From Clostridia bacterium (GTDB lineage: Bacteria; Bacillota; Clostridia; Oscillospirales; CAG-272), in contig JAGAKG010000057.1 in the NCBI GenBank assembly GCA_017625755.1, positions 1,734-65,733 on the forward strand: a stretch of DNA of 64,000 nucleotides, in the 5' to 3' direction. A model generated the notes under the pieces. It was not told the DNA's origin. It worked only from the letters and a program-made list of their open reading frames with translations, and did not search any database. Made by a program: the position numbers and the translations under genes. Shown piece after piece: positions 39,055 to 49,159 of the stretch (position 1 is its first letter; each line of letters begins with the position of its first letter).

Positions 39055-40863
39055 TCAATCAAGCGGCGCGTTGACTATTCTCTCAAACTCGTCTCTGTCA
39101 AGGAAGGGTGCCATATCGTTTATCGAGGGCGATACTATTCTTCCGTCGGGCAATACCTTCGACGAGGACTTGGGAGCGAAGTTCTGCGTGGGGTCGACCA
39201 CGACCTCACAGACCGCGGGACCGTCGGAGTTTAGGAACTCGTCAAGCACATAGGAAGCGGTTGCTTCACTGTCTGTCTTATAATAGGGCAGACCGAACGC
39301 GTCGGAAAGCTTCTCAAAGTTCGGGAAACAGATTCCGCTGTTTCCGTCAATTCCTATGAAGGGCGGCTTGAACAGATTCGTCTGCGTCTGTCTTATAGAG
39401 TGATAGCCGTTGTTATTTATAATAACGAGCTTGATATTGAGCTTGTTGTAGGCTATCGTCGCAAGCTCCTGAAGATTCATCATAACGCTTCCGTCGCCGT
39501 CGACGCAGATTGTACGGTAGCTGTTATCGGCAACCGCAACACCAAGCGCCGCGGGGAGTCCGTATCCCATAGCCGCGCAGCCCGAGTTCGTGAACATTCT
39601 CTGTCCCTGCTTTATCTTACCCGCCTGGAAGGTCATTACGCAGGCGCTTCCGTTTCCGCAGATTATCTTATCCTTCTCGTTAAGGCACTTAAAGAGAGTA
39701 TCCACAAAAATGTAGGGATTGATGGGCGCTCCGTCGGGATTGCGATAGCTCTCGCACGCCGCGGGGTATTTCTCAACGAGGTCGCGGCACCACTTTACAA
39801 AGCTCTTGTGCTTCGCCGTGGGAGTATAATCCTGCGCGAGAAGCGCATCGATAAAGTCAGACACATCTGCGTTTATCGGCATATCGGGACGAACCGTGGG
39901 CTTGACAAGCTCTCTCGGGTCTATATCAACTATTATCTTATACGCGTTCTTGGCAAAATCAAAATGCGTATATCCTATCATTCTTATGTTAAGTCTGCAA
40001 CCAAGACTCAGAAGCAGGTCGCATTTTTGAACCGCAAAGTTGCCCGGGCGAGTGCCGACAGTTCCCGGCATTCCCGCAAAATAAGGGTTGTCTGCCGCAA
40101 CAACATCGTTTGCGTTCCAAGCGGTAACCACCGGTATCTGCAGCTTATCGAGAAGCGCGAGAAGCTTCTCCTCTGCTCCGCCGAGACGGATTCCCGTTCC
40201 GACAAGCACGAGAGGAGCCTTTGCCGCGGCTATTTTTTCGAGGACGGTTTTTGCCACCTCATCGGTAACCTTCGGCGTTTCCCAGGAGAAGGTCTGCTCT
40301 GGCACGAAATGCTTCAGCTCATCGGTCTCTATCTGCGCGCCCTGAACATCGAGCGGAATATCGAGCCATACGGGGCCGCCTCTGCCCTCGAGCGCAAGGT
40401 AGTACGCCTTTTCAAGGTGGTATGCGATATCGCGGGGGTCAAGCACCATTACGGCGTATTTTGTCATATTTGAAACCGAGCCTATAATGTCAAACTCCTG
40501 GTCTCCGAGCTGACGCAATCCAAGCTCGGGGCACGCCGCCGTAGTCGTCTCTCTCTTTACCTGACCCGAAAGCACGAACATAGGAATAGAGTCGAGCCAA
40601 GCGCCCATAACTCCCGTTATCGCGTTAGTTCCGCCGGGACCACTTGTGACACATACCGCCGCCAGCTTTCCCGTCAGTCTGGTATATCCCTCCGCGGCGA
40701 TAGAGCAAGCCTGCTCGTGGTGATTGAATATACATCTGATGCCCTCCTGATGACCTATCGCGTCGTCAAGGTGCATCGCTCCGCCGCCCGTTACCATAAA
40801 GCAGTCGGTAATACCTCTGTCAACGAGGAACTGCGAAATATAATTTGAAACCTTAATCTTCAT
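39055..40863 (-). CDS. Thiamine-diphosphate-dependent enzyme (acetolactate-synthase superfamily; possible YerE-like sugar carboligase)
   Basis: TGGGAMHL, HHEQA, TSGPG and ThDP motif GDGS...NNNGY; located in a nucleotide-sugar cluster with no ilvN. Confidence 0.8.
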   Translation of the reverse strand: MKIKVSNYISQFLVDRGITDCFMVTGGGAMHLDDAIGHQEGIRCIFNHHEQACSIAAEGYTRLTGKLAAVCVTSGPGGTNAITGVMGAWLDSIPMFVLSGQVKRETTTAACPELGLRQLGDQEFDIIGSVSNMTKYAVMVLDPRDIAYHLEKAYYLALEGRGGPVWLDIPLDVQGAQIETDELKHFVPEQTFSWETPKVTDEVAKTVLEKIAAAKAPLVLVGTGIRLGGAEEKLLALLDKLQIPVVTAWNANDVVAADNPYFAGMPGTVGTRPGNFAVQKCDLLLSLGCRLNIRMIGYTHFDFAKNAYKIIVDIDPRELVKPTVRPDMPINADVSDFIDALLAQDYTPTAKHKSFVKWCRDLVEKYPAACESYRNPDGAPINPYIFVDTLFKCLNEKDKIICGNGSACVMTFQAGKIKQGQRMFTNSGCAAMGYGLPAALGVAVADNSYRTICVDGDGSVMMNLQELATIAYNKLNIKLVIINNNGYHSIRQTQTNLFKPPFIGIDGNSGICFPNFEKLSDAFGLPYYKTDSEATASYVLDEFLNSDGPAVCEVVVDPTQNFAPKSSSKVLPDGRIVSPSINDMAPFLDRDEFERIVNAPLD

Positions 40864-40944
40864 AATCTTCCCCCATAGAAATTTTAAAAAATATGTCCAT
40901 AACCCACATACCGGAAAAGCTTAGATAAACTTTTCCGGCATATT

Positions 40945-41598
40945 TCAATCAAAAAATTTAAGCAGGTCGATTGCTCTGTCGACTCCTCCCACAGACCTGA
41001 CCTTCTTTATATCGTCAAGCGTGCGGAAGCCAAAGCCATAGCTGACTCCTATAAAATCGGCTCCGACCGCCTCGGCTCCGATAGCGTCAAAATCGGTGTC
41101 ACCTATCATTACCACTCTGCTGATATCGCTCACTCCGCCGACCGATATACACTTCTCAATGATATCGCGCTTCTTGAGCTTATTCTCGTGGTCTCCGCCG
41201 AACATAATATCGGTATATTTATCGAACCCGAAATGGCAAAGCAGCTTAACCGCGTAATCCTCTCTTTTGTAGGTCGCGACGGCAGGCTTTACCCCCCTCT
41301 TGCAAAGCTCGGAGAAAACATCTGTTATCCCCTCGTAAAGCTCTGCCTCAAGCAATGTCCTCGTGCTGTAAAAATTCCTGAAAAGCGTCGCTATATCCTG
41401 AAGTATCGGCCCATCAATACCGTATACCCTCGCAAAGGAATCCTGCACGGGCGGCCCGATAAATGTCCTCAAAGTCGCCTCGTCGGGCATCTCGTAGCCA
41501 AGCTCGTCGATAGTGTATCTGAGCGCCGAAAGAACCCCCTCTCTCGTGTCGAGCAGAGTTCCGTCGAGGTCAAAAACGGCTAAATCGTATTTGCTCAT
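40945..41598 (-). CDS. HAD-superfamily phosphatase
   Basis: FDLDGTL motif I and MIGDT..D motif IV. Confidence 0.9.
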   Translation of the reverse strand: MSKYDLAVFDLDGTLLDTREGVLSALRYTIDELGYEMPDEATLRTFIGPPVQDSFARVYGIDGPILQDIATLFRNFYSTRTLLEAELYEGITDVFSELCKRGVKPAVATYKREDYAVKLLCHFGFDKYTDIMFGGDHENKLKKRDIIEKCISVGGVSDISRVVMIGDTDFDAIGAEAVGADFIGVSYGFGFRTLDDIKKVRSVGGVDRAIDLLKFFD

Positions 41599-43202
41599 AC
41601 CGTTTCTTCCTCGTAATGCGACTTGGTAACAAATTCAACCTCTATCCTGTCCTTGATGCTATCAAGGAAGTCCCTGGTATACTTGTTAATGTAATCCGCC
41701 TTTTTCTTTACAAAATCGTATTCCATAGCGCGGTTGTAGTAGTTAGCCGACTTTATGGAATATCCGTCAAAGCCCGCAAGAGCCACCTTGCCCACTCCGA
41801 TATCAGCGAGAGCCTTGATCAGCATCATAAGCGAGTTGTCTATTATCTCGGCGTCCTCGTCAATAAGCGTACTGTAATTCAGCTTGAACTCAAACGCGCC
41901 CGCCGTCATCTCGGTGACATTGGATGTCGCGATAACTCTGTGCTTATCCTTTGCGAACTTCGTCGCAAGCTGAACATATCTTTTTGCGTTACTGAGAAAT
42001 ACGAAATCGGGCTTTATTCTCTTGGTGAGGAAGTTTATCGAAATAATGATGGGGTTTTCTCTGTCCATGTATTCGATAACCTTTTGTCTCTCGTTCTCGT
42101 GCTTGATAGACGCCCCTGGACCAATGACCAATATCTTCTTGCCGCGAAGCTCGCGAGCGAGCGCCTCTTTGTATTCCTCGTCGTTTATCTCGTTCTTCTG
42201 ATAGTCAACATAAAGTCTCTCGATATAATTCTTATCGTAAAGCAGCTTCTTCTCACCCTCGAGCTTGCCGAGTATCTCGTTTATCGAGCTTACCGACAGA
42301 GTTCTCTTGTCCATAAGGTATGTGACATAGTTGGGGTGACAGTCGTTCGACGCCGCCAGATAATAGAACATATTGTATCCCCATGTCGTCTGCTGACAGA
42401 ACTGCGCTATATTAGAGTCTATCGCCTCGAGTATCTGGCTTATCTGATAATTCTTGTCGAGCGACTGATTCATATGCATCGCAACAAGCTCGATAGGAGC
42501 GTTACCCGCGCTCTTTCCCATTCCGTATATAGTTCCGTCAACTATCATCAGACGGTTTATCTTCTTGGAAAGCATAGAGATACAGTTGGCGTATCCCATC
42601 TGGAAATTATTGTGCGCGTGATATCCTATTCCTATCTCGGGGTCGAGATTTTCGTTGATTATCTGGAAATAATACATAAGATTATTTCTGTGCATAAGTC
42701 CGTAGGTATCGACCATCGACACCGCGTAGGGCTTATAGTGGTTTGCCAGACGGACAAGGTCTAGCATTTCCTCCTCGTTGTAGCTCGTTACAGACACGAG
42801 CTGAGCGAAAACCTTGTATCCCAGCTTTTTCAGCTCTCCGCAGAAAACCATAGCCTCCTCGCGAAGATGCTTTTTGAAAATAACTCTGATTCCGTCGAGA
42901 AAGCTCTCGTCGGCAGGAGAAATATTTTCAAGTCCGCAGGTGCCGTAGTCTATCATTCCGACGACCATCGCCTGCTTTTTATCAACATCGCCGTATATCT
43001 TTTCCATACAGTCGGTGTTCGGCATTATACTTCTGTCCATATCGAAGGGACGGCGCTCGTCAAGAAAGCCTACCTCGATAATATCAACACCCGCGTCGAC
43101 AAGGCGCTCAAATACGCTGACCAGATTATCGTGTCCGAAATTCCAGTCGTTGATATAGCCTCCGTCGCGGAGGGTGCAATCCAACAGTTTTATCTCTCCC
43201 AT
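41595..43202 (-). CDS. DRE-TIM (HMGL-like) aldolase fused to a C-terminal Rossmann-like domain
   Basis: LDCTLRDGG, DTYG, GYHAHNN and GMGKSAGN; C-terminal VIGPGAS...LAGFDGY. Confidence 0.8.
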   Translation of the reverse strand: MGEIKLLDCTLRDGGYINDWNFGHDNLVSVFERLVDAGVDIIEVGFLDERRPFDMDRSIMPNTDCMEKIYGDVDKKQAMVVGMIDYGTCGLENISPADESFLDGIRVIFKKHLREEAMVFCGELKKLGYKVFAQLVSVTSYNEEEMLDLVRLANHYKPYAVSMVDTYGLMHRNNLMYYFQIINENLDPEIGIGYHAHNNFQMGYANCISMLSKKINRLMIVDGTIYGMGKSAGNAPIELVAMHMNQSLDKNYQISQILEAIDSNIAQFCQQTTWGYNMFYYLAASNDCHPNYVTYLMDKRTLSVSSINEILGKLEGEKKLLYDKNYIERLYVDYQKNEINDEEYKEALARELRGKKILVIGPGASIKHENERQKVIEYMDRENPIIISINFLTKRIKPDFVFLSNAKRYVQLATKFAKDKHRVIATSNVTEMTAGAFEFKLNYSTLIDEDAEIIDNSLMMLIKALADIGVGKVALAGFDGYSIKSANYYNRAMEYDFVKKKADYINKYTRDFLDSIKDRIEVEFVTKSHYEEETV

Positions 43203-43249
43203 AACATCTCCATAATGCCTTTCGGCATCTTTTGATTATAATTTTTCAC

Positions 43250-44587
43250 TTACGCGTCAAGAGCCGCGATAATCGTCTTTGCCATATAGTCTATCATTTC
43301 GTCGGTCATTCCGGGGTAAACGCCTACCCAGAAGGTAGAGGTCATAACGCGGTCTGTCGTCGAAAGATCACCGATAACTCTGTATCCCTTGCCTGCGGCT
43401 CTCATCTCGTCGAAGCAGGGGTGCTTTGTGAGATTACCCGCAAAGAGCATTCTCGTCTGAACTCCGTGAGCCTCGATATAGGGAACGACCTTCTCTCTGT
43501 CCACGCCCTCGCGGCAGGTGATAAGGAAGCCGAACCAAGAGGGGTCGGAGCCGGGGCAAGCCTCGGGCAGTATCAGCTTATCCGAAACGCACTCGAGCGC
43601 CGCGCGCAATCTCTTGAAATTCTCTCTGCGGCGAACCACAAACGAGGGGAATTTTTTGAGCTGTGCGCATCCAACCGCCGCCTGCATATCGGTTGCCTTG
43701 AGGTTATATCCGAAGTGTGAGTAAACATACTTGTGGTCGTATCCGAGAGGAAGCTCTCCGTACTGTCTGTCGAAGCGGTGCTTGCAGAGGTTGTCGCAGC
43801 CCGAGGGACAGATACAGTCTCTACCCCAGTCTCTCATAGAACGGATTATCTTCGCGAGAAGCGGGTCGTTGGTGTAGACCGCGCCGCCCTCTCCCATCGT
43901 CATGTGGTGAGGGGGATAGAAGCTACTCGTTCCGATATCTCCGACAGTACCCGTCTTGTAGGTAACGCCGTCCATAGTGTACTCGGAGCCGAGAGCGTCA
44001 CAGTTGTCCTCAACGAGCCACAGACCGTGCGCGTCGCAGAACTTCTTGACTGCCGCGAGGTCGAAGGGGTTTCCGAGCGTGTGCGCTATCATAACAGCCT
44101 TGGTCTTATCACTCAGGGCTGCCTCAAGCATAGTTACATCTATATTGTACTGAGGAATGGTTATATCAACGAATACAGGAACCGCGCCATACTGAATAGC
44201 GGGAGTTACCGTGGTGGGGAAGCCAGCAGCAACCGTGATTATCTCGTCACCCGGTCTGACTGCTCTCTCTCCGAGCAGAGGAGATGTGAGAGTCATAAAC
44301 GCGAGAAGATTCGCGGATGAGCCCGAGTTTACAAGACTGCAATGTCTTACTCCGAGATACTTTGCAAAATTTTCCTCAAACTCGTCTGTATATCTTCCCG
44401 ATGTGAGCCAGAATTCAAGAGCGCTGTCTACAAGGTTGCACATCTCATCGCTGTCGTAAACACGCGAAGCGTAAGGAATTCTGTCGCCCTCCTTATATTC
44501 GGGCTTTTTGTGGTACTTTTCACAGTACGCCCTTACTTCTTTAAGAATGTTCTCGCGCGCTTCGCGCTCATTAATGCCGTTCATCAT
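43250..44587 (-). CDS. rfbH: CDP-4-keto-6-deoxyglucose 3-dehydrase (RfbH/DdhC, E1)
   Basis: DegT-family fold with His in place of the Schiff-base Lys (FYPPHHMTMGEGG), a Cys cluster (EDNCD...RDCICPSGCDNLC) and YDHKY. Confidence 0.92.
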   Translation of the reverse strand: MMNGINEREARENILKEVRAYCEKYHKKPEYKEGDRIPYASRVYDSDEMCNLVDSALEFWLTSGRYTDEFEENFAKYLGVRHCSLVNSGSSANLLAFMTLTSPLLGERAVRPGDEIITVAAGFPTTVTPAIQYGAVPVFVDITIPQYNIDVTMLEAALSDKTKAVMIAHTLGNPFDLAAVKKFCDAHGLWLVEDNCDALGSEYTMDGVTYKTGTVGDIGTSSFYPPHHMTMGEGGAVYTNDPLLAKIIRSMRDWGRDCICPSGCDNLCKHRFDRQYGELPLGYDHKYVYSHFGYNLKATDMQAAVGCAQLKKFPSFVVRRRENFKRLRAALECVSDKLILPEACPGSDPSWFGFLITCREGVDREKVVPYIEAHGVQTRMLFAGNLTKHPCFDEMRAAGKGYRVIGDLSTTDRVMTSTFWVGVYPGMTDEMIDYMAKTIIAALDA

Positions 44588-44764
44588 TGAAAAAATTTCC
44601 TTTCTTTTTTTATCCGTACGCACCGCGTACGAGAGTATCGGCTTTTTTACAAAATTAAACATAATGCGACCTCTATCGCATTACAACTATGTTATCACAA
44701 AGTAAATGAAAAGTCAAGAGAAAGTGAACATTTTACTATTTTGTTCCAACGAATCAAAAAAAGG

Positions 44765-44793
44765 TTGACATATTCCAAATATTATTTTACAAT
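44765..44793 (+). promoter_or_regulatory. Sigma-A promoter of the large surface protein gene
   Basis: TTGACA-N17-TACAAT. Confidence 0.75.
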
Positions 44794-44850
44794 ATTATAT
44801 ACTTATTATTCGTATCGGTTAAAGAAAATCCCACCGAAAGGTACAGGCAA

Positions 44851-47800
44851 ATGAAAAAAACAGTATCCCTCATATCCTTTCTGCTCGCGCTGCTCACAGT
44901 CGTCGGCGGATTAGGTATCTCTGCCCGAGCGGCAGACGACAAACCCGCGCCGAGCTTTGATTTCTCGGACGGCATATCGCTCTTACAGACCGAGCTTACA
45001 CCCTCTGAGCTTCTGACTCTTATCTCTCCCGACGCCGAAATATGCGACGCCGAGAAAAAATATATAGACACCCACAGCGACTCGTATCTTCTCATAAACG
45101 ACAGCTTTTCAAACGATGTTATAAGCATAGAGCGCGAGGGTGAGCGGCTGACAGTCCGCGCGCGGGAATATTCGTATACCGCGGTAAACGGCACGACAGT
45201 GCGCTGGATACCCACGCTCGCCGAATACGGAGAGCAGAACGCCACCCTTTCTCTTGACGGGGAGGAATATTTCTGCGAATTTCAGTATTCCGAGGGAGTG
45301 ACCCACGCCTCGGCAGAGTATTCCTGCGAGATTGAAATTTCCGCCCAGAGCGCGAATCATCTGCTCAATTTCGCTTACAGAGAAGCAGAGCGCGGAGCGG
45401 CGCTTGAGGAGGAATATTCCTCTGTTATGAGCGACTATCTCGAGCGCTTCCGCAAATACGAGGAAGGACTTGCCGCGCTTGAGCAATACGAGCTTGACAG
45501 AGAGGCTTACGCCGAATATCTCGTTTTGCGTGAGCTTTACGAGCAGGAGCTTGCGGAATATACGAAATATCTCGCGGAGCTCGCCGAATACGAGAAAAAC
45601 AAGGCGGCATACGAGAAATACCTCTCCGACTATAACAAATATCTCTCCGACAAGGCGAATTACGACAAGATATACTCCGAGAATATCGGCTCGATGGACG
45701 AATATCTCGCATACTACGAGCAGCTCAACAAAATACGCTCGAGCATGTACGCCATTGAAAATATCTACACCTCGCCGAAAAAAGGACTCAATCCCCTATA
45801 CAACGCTCTGCAAAACAAAGAAATGATAGCGATGTTCGAAAAATACAAGAGCGAGCTTACCATATACGGAATTGAGGAAAAAACAATAGATTCTCTGTCC
45901 GAGGTCGCCGACGAGCTTAATCAGCTCCTCAAAGACTACAACGACGCGCGCGAAAATTCCGAGCAGGCGGCATTCGAGTTTTACTGTAAGCATTATTCCG
46001 ATATCTGCTACAAGTTCAATTATCTTTACGACAGTATGATGAAGATAATGACGCCCACTATATTTAATCATATATGTATATTGATAAATACCGAGTACGA
46101 TGCCGAGACTGCTCAATACAAAAAATGGCGTATAACGAATGTCCTCGCGCATATATACCTCGTGAGCCGCTGTCTTGACGATGAGCAGTCTGCCGCGGGC
46201 GCATGGCAATTCTACGATTATGAAAGAAACGAGCATACATATTATTTCCCCGAGCTGCTCTCCCCCGCGGTCACTATATCGGATACCAACGCGGCTTCTC
46301 CCGCAGGTCTTAAGTGGCCCGACAATCCCCCGGAGTTCAAGCTCCCTCCTCTGCCCGTAGAGCCCGAAAAGGTATCGAGCCCGCTTGCTCCCTCTTATGT
46401 GGACGCGCCCGTCGAGCCTACAAATCCCGGTGAGCCTGTGTATCCCGGCGAGCCTGTGTATCCCGGTGAGCCGCCCGCGGGAACCGATGAAATTATAAAA
46501 ACCGCGGCTATCGTCGCCGCTATGCGAGATGGAACGCTGAGCGAGCGCGACGAGCTTACCTCAGGCAGAACGCTCACATTCACCCACACCGTCAAAAAGC
46601 TGGTCTCCCCCGAGGGATTGCCTGTTATGACGGTATACGGCTATGACAAGGAAACCGTTCTGAGCGAGAGGATCCTTCTCTCGGCAGACGATATCGTATA
46701 TCCCGACATCACCCCCGAAAATAAATCGGATAAAAGATATAACTACACCTTCCTCGGTTGGTCTACCTCGCCCGACGAGCTGCTCGAACCGAAGGCGGAC
46801 GAGCTGATTCTCTCGCAAAAGGATTTTTGTCTCTACGCCGCTTACCGCAAAGAGGACAGACTTTATAATGTGACCTGGGTAACCCCCGAGGGAGAATTTG
46901 CCTCGGAACACAAATACGGCGAGCTGCCGACCTTTGACGGAAGCACCGAAAAAGCTCCCTCAAACACGCTTCTCTTCTCCTTTGACGGCTGGTCGCCTCT
47001 GCCCGAGCCCGTAACCGAGGACATAGTTTACACCGCGCAGTATTCAGAAAGCGAAAGAAAATATTCCGCCGTCTGGAGCTGGCACGGAAAAACCCTGACT
47101 ACATACCATTCCTTTGAAGAAATACCCGCCGCGCCTCAGGTCGCGCCCTACTATATCGTCGGCTGCGATATCTTTGAGTTCCGCGGCTGGAGCGCAGACG
47201 AAAGAGAGCCGATACGAGAGAACTCGGCATATAACGCCGTCTATTCGCAAAAGAGTCTAGCTAGCTCGTCCGACGGTTCTGTTCAGCTCTCGGCACTCTC
47301 GGGGCTTTACCGCGTAACGGTATCCTCAAGCTCAGCCGAGCTTGAAAACCTTATCAAGCTTGCCGCTGCTGAAGACAAGCGAATAGAAATTTATTTTGAG
47401 GACGCTATCCTTTCGTTCGATAAAAGCTCGGTCAAATCCCTCGCAACTGCGGGAGCTAAGACATTCAGCGTTGAATACACTCTTGAGGGTGGATTTGGCA
47501 AGTGCGAGCTGAGCGTACAGAACGAAAACGGTAAAAATCTAAGCACCTCGGGAGAGATGCGTCTCAGGATTCCCTATTCCTCGACTCTGCCCGATCATTT
47601 CCTGGTCTTTGAAATGATAAAAACCGCCAAGAAGGAAACTCCGCACACCTTTGCCGACGGATATCTCACCTTCCCCGTAAAGGGCTCGGCAAGCTTCGTT
47701 TTCACCCGACTTTACAGTATTACTTTCACCGAAAACGAGCACGGCGGAACGCTTATAGACGGCTACCTTCACGAGGCGGGAGATATTCTCTCTCCGCTGT

Positions 47801-48369
47801 TCTACCCCGACAGAGGATATGCGGTCGGCAAGATAACCGTCACCCGAGCAGACAATGGGGCAAAAACCGTTCTCGATAGCTTCGAGGGCTTCGTAATGCC
47901 CGATTATGATATAACCGTTGAAGTAAGCTTTGAGCGTATACAATACACCGTTGAGTTCGTCGTGAACGGAGAGGTGGTCAGCTCGGAGAAGTATTATATG
48001 GGAGATATGCCGCTCATTCCCGATGTACCCGCCGAATACGAGGATAACGGATACAAATATGTGTTCGCGGGGTGGTCGGCAACCGTCTCTACCGTCACCC
48101 GCGATGTGATTTACTACGCAAAGTACAACAGCTTCCTTTTGGATATAAACTCCTCGGGACAGCAAACGGGAGACGAGCTTGGCGCGTTTATAAGATTCAC
48201 CGTCGTTCCGATAGTCGCCGTTACTCTTATCGTTGCCGCGCTCACGACTCTGCTTGTAGTTATGCTCCGCAGACGAAAAAGAGCGGGCAGTCCCAAGAGC
48301 AAGTCCAAGAATAAAAGCAAGAGCCAAAACAAAAAAGCTCCGAGAAGCTCGGAAAAAGGAAAAAAATAA
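44851..48369 (+). CDS. Large cell-surface protein: signal peptide, Tyr-periodic helical region, Pro-rich region, InlB B-repeat-like domains, C-terminal TM anchor
   Basis: 1172 aa. F.GWS motifs (YTFLGWS, FSFDGWS, FEFRGWS, YVFAGWS), PGEPVY repeats, and a TM followed by a Lys/Arg tail. No LPXTG. Confidence 0.85.
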   Translation: MKKTVSLISFLLALLTVVGGLGISARAADDKPAPSFDFSDGISLLQTELTPSELLTLISPDAEICDAEKKYIDTHSDSYLLINDSFSNDVISIEREGERLTVRAREYSYTAVNGTTVRWIPTLAEYGEQNATLSLDGEEYFCEFQYSEGVTHASAEYSCEIEISAQSANHLLNFAYREAERGAALEEEYSSVMSDYLERFRKYEEGLAALEQYELDREAYAEYLVLRELYEQELAEYTKYLAELAEYEKNKAAYEKYLSDYNKYLSDKANYDKIYSENIGSMDEYLAYYEQLNKIRSSMYAIENIYTSPKKGLNPLYNALQNKEMIAMFEKYKSELTIYGIEEKTIDSLSEVADELNQLLKDYNDARENSEQAAFEFYCKHYSDICYKFNYLYDSMMKIMTPTIFNHICILINTEYDAETAQYKKWRITNVLAHIYLVSRCLDDEQSAAGAWQFYDYERNEHTYYFPELLSPAVTISDTNAASPAGLKWPDNPPEFKLPPLPVEPEKVSSPLAPSYVDAPVEPTNPGEPVYPGEPVYPGEPPAGTDEIIKTAAIVAAMRDGTLSERDELTSGRTLTFTHTVKKLVSPEGLPVMTVYGYDKETVLSERILLSADDIVYPDITPENKSDKRYNYTFLGWSTSPDELLEPKADELILSQKDFCLYAAYRKEDRLYNVTWVTPEGEFASEHKYGELPTFDGSTEKAPSNTLLFSFDGWSPLPEPVTEDIVYTAQYSESERKYSAVWSWHGKTLTTYHSFEEIPAAPQVAPYYIVGCDIFEFRGWSADEREPIRENSAYNAVYSQKSLASSSDGSVQLSALSGLYRVTVSSSSAELENLIKLAAAEDKRIEIYFEDAILSFDKSSVKSLATAGAKTFSVEYTLEGGFGKCELSVQNENGKNLSTSGEMRLRIPYSSTLPDHFLVFEMIKTAKKETPHTFADGYLTFPVKGSASFVFTRLYSITFTENEHGGTLIDGYLHEAGDILSPLFYPDRGYAVGKITVTRADNGAKTVLDSFEGFVMPDYDITVEVSFERIQYTVEFVVNGEVVSSEKYYMGDMPLIPDVPAEYEDNGYKYVFAGWSATVSTVTRDVIYYAKYNSFLLDINSSGQQTGDELGAFIRFTVVPIVAVTLIVAALTTLLVVMLRRRKRAGSPKSKSKNKSKSQNKKAPRSSEKGKK
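46426..46473 (+). repeat. In-frame 18-bp tandem repeat (PGEPVY, about 2.7 copies)
   Basis: CCCGGTGAGCCTGTGTAT CCCGGCGAGCCTGTGTAT CCCGGTGAGCCG. Confidence 0.9.
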
Positions 48370-48406
48370 GGATTAGTAAAAATCAGTAAAGGAAGAAACA
48401 TACATA

Positions 48407-49105
48407 ATGCGTTACGAAGCGATTTTGTTTGACCTTGACGGCACTCTGCTACCGATGGACAACGACGAATTTACAAAAGGATATCTCGGTATGCTCTCAG
48501 CGGGCGTGGCTCACCTCGGCTATACCCCCGACACCCTGCTCCCCGCGATGTGGAAAGGCGTTGCCGCTATGGTCAAAAACGACGGCAAACGCCTCAACTC
48601 CGAGGTTTTCTGGGAAGTCTTTGCGACACTCCTCGGCAAGGAGTGCTACGAGCATATCCCCGTATTCGATAATTTTTACAAAACCGATTTTGCCAAAGCG
48701 GTAAAATTCTCACAGCCCACCTCCCTCGCGCCCCGCGCGGTAGAGCTTGCAAGGGCTCACGCCGACAAGGTAGTCCTTGCGACAAACCCCTTCTTCCCTC
48801 TCGTGGCAGTCAAGGCAAGACTCGGCTGGACGGGAGTGCGCGCCGAGGAATTTGACCTTATCACGCATTACGACAATTCAAAATTCTGTAAGCCAAATCC
48901 CGCATATTACGGCGAGATTTGCGAGGGACTCGGGCTTGACCCGAAAAATTGCCTTATGATAGGCAACAACGCCGACGAGGATATCAGAGCCGCGCAAGCG
49001 CTTGGAATGTCAACCTTCCTCGTCACAGATTGCCTTATCTGCGACGGCGAGGAGCCCGATACCCCAAAGGGAAGCTTCGCTGACCTTATTGAGTTTCTGG
49101 GGTAA
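48407..49105 (+). CDS. HAD-superfamily hydrolase
   Basis: FDLDGTLLPMD, ATNP, CKPNP and MIGN...D. Confidence 0.9.
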   Translation: MRYEAILFDLDGTLLPMDNDEFTKGYLGMLSAGVAHLGYTPDTLLPAMWKGVAAMVKNDGKRLNSEVFWEVFATLLGKECYEHIPVFDNFYKTDFAKAVKFSQPTSLAPRAVELARAHADKVVLATNPFFPLVAVKARLGWTGVRAEEFDLITHYDNSKFCKPNPAYYGEICEGLGLDPKNCLMIGNNADEDIRAAQALGMSTFLVTDCLICDGEEPDTPKGSFADLIEFLG

Positions 49106-49110
49106 GAACA

Positions 49111-49159
49111 GCAAGATGATATTTTATACCGTAGGGCGGGAGCAAGCTCCCGCCCTACG
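49111..49159. repeat. Collapsed GTAG-REP hairpin between convergent genes
   Basis: CGTAGGGCGGGAGC-aa-GCTCCCGCCCTACG, plus the leader shared with 36010. Confidence 0.85.

Noticed and set aside
39055-40863. Branched-chain amino acid biosynthesis ilvB
   Set aside because: No ilvN, ilvC or ilvD nearby; the TGGGAMHL N-terminus and the context fit the sugar-cluster ThDP subfamily better.
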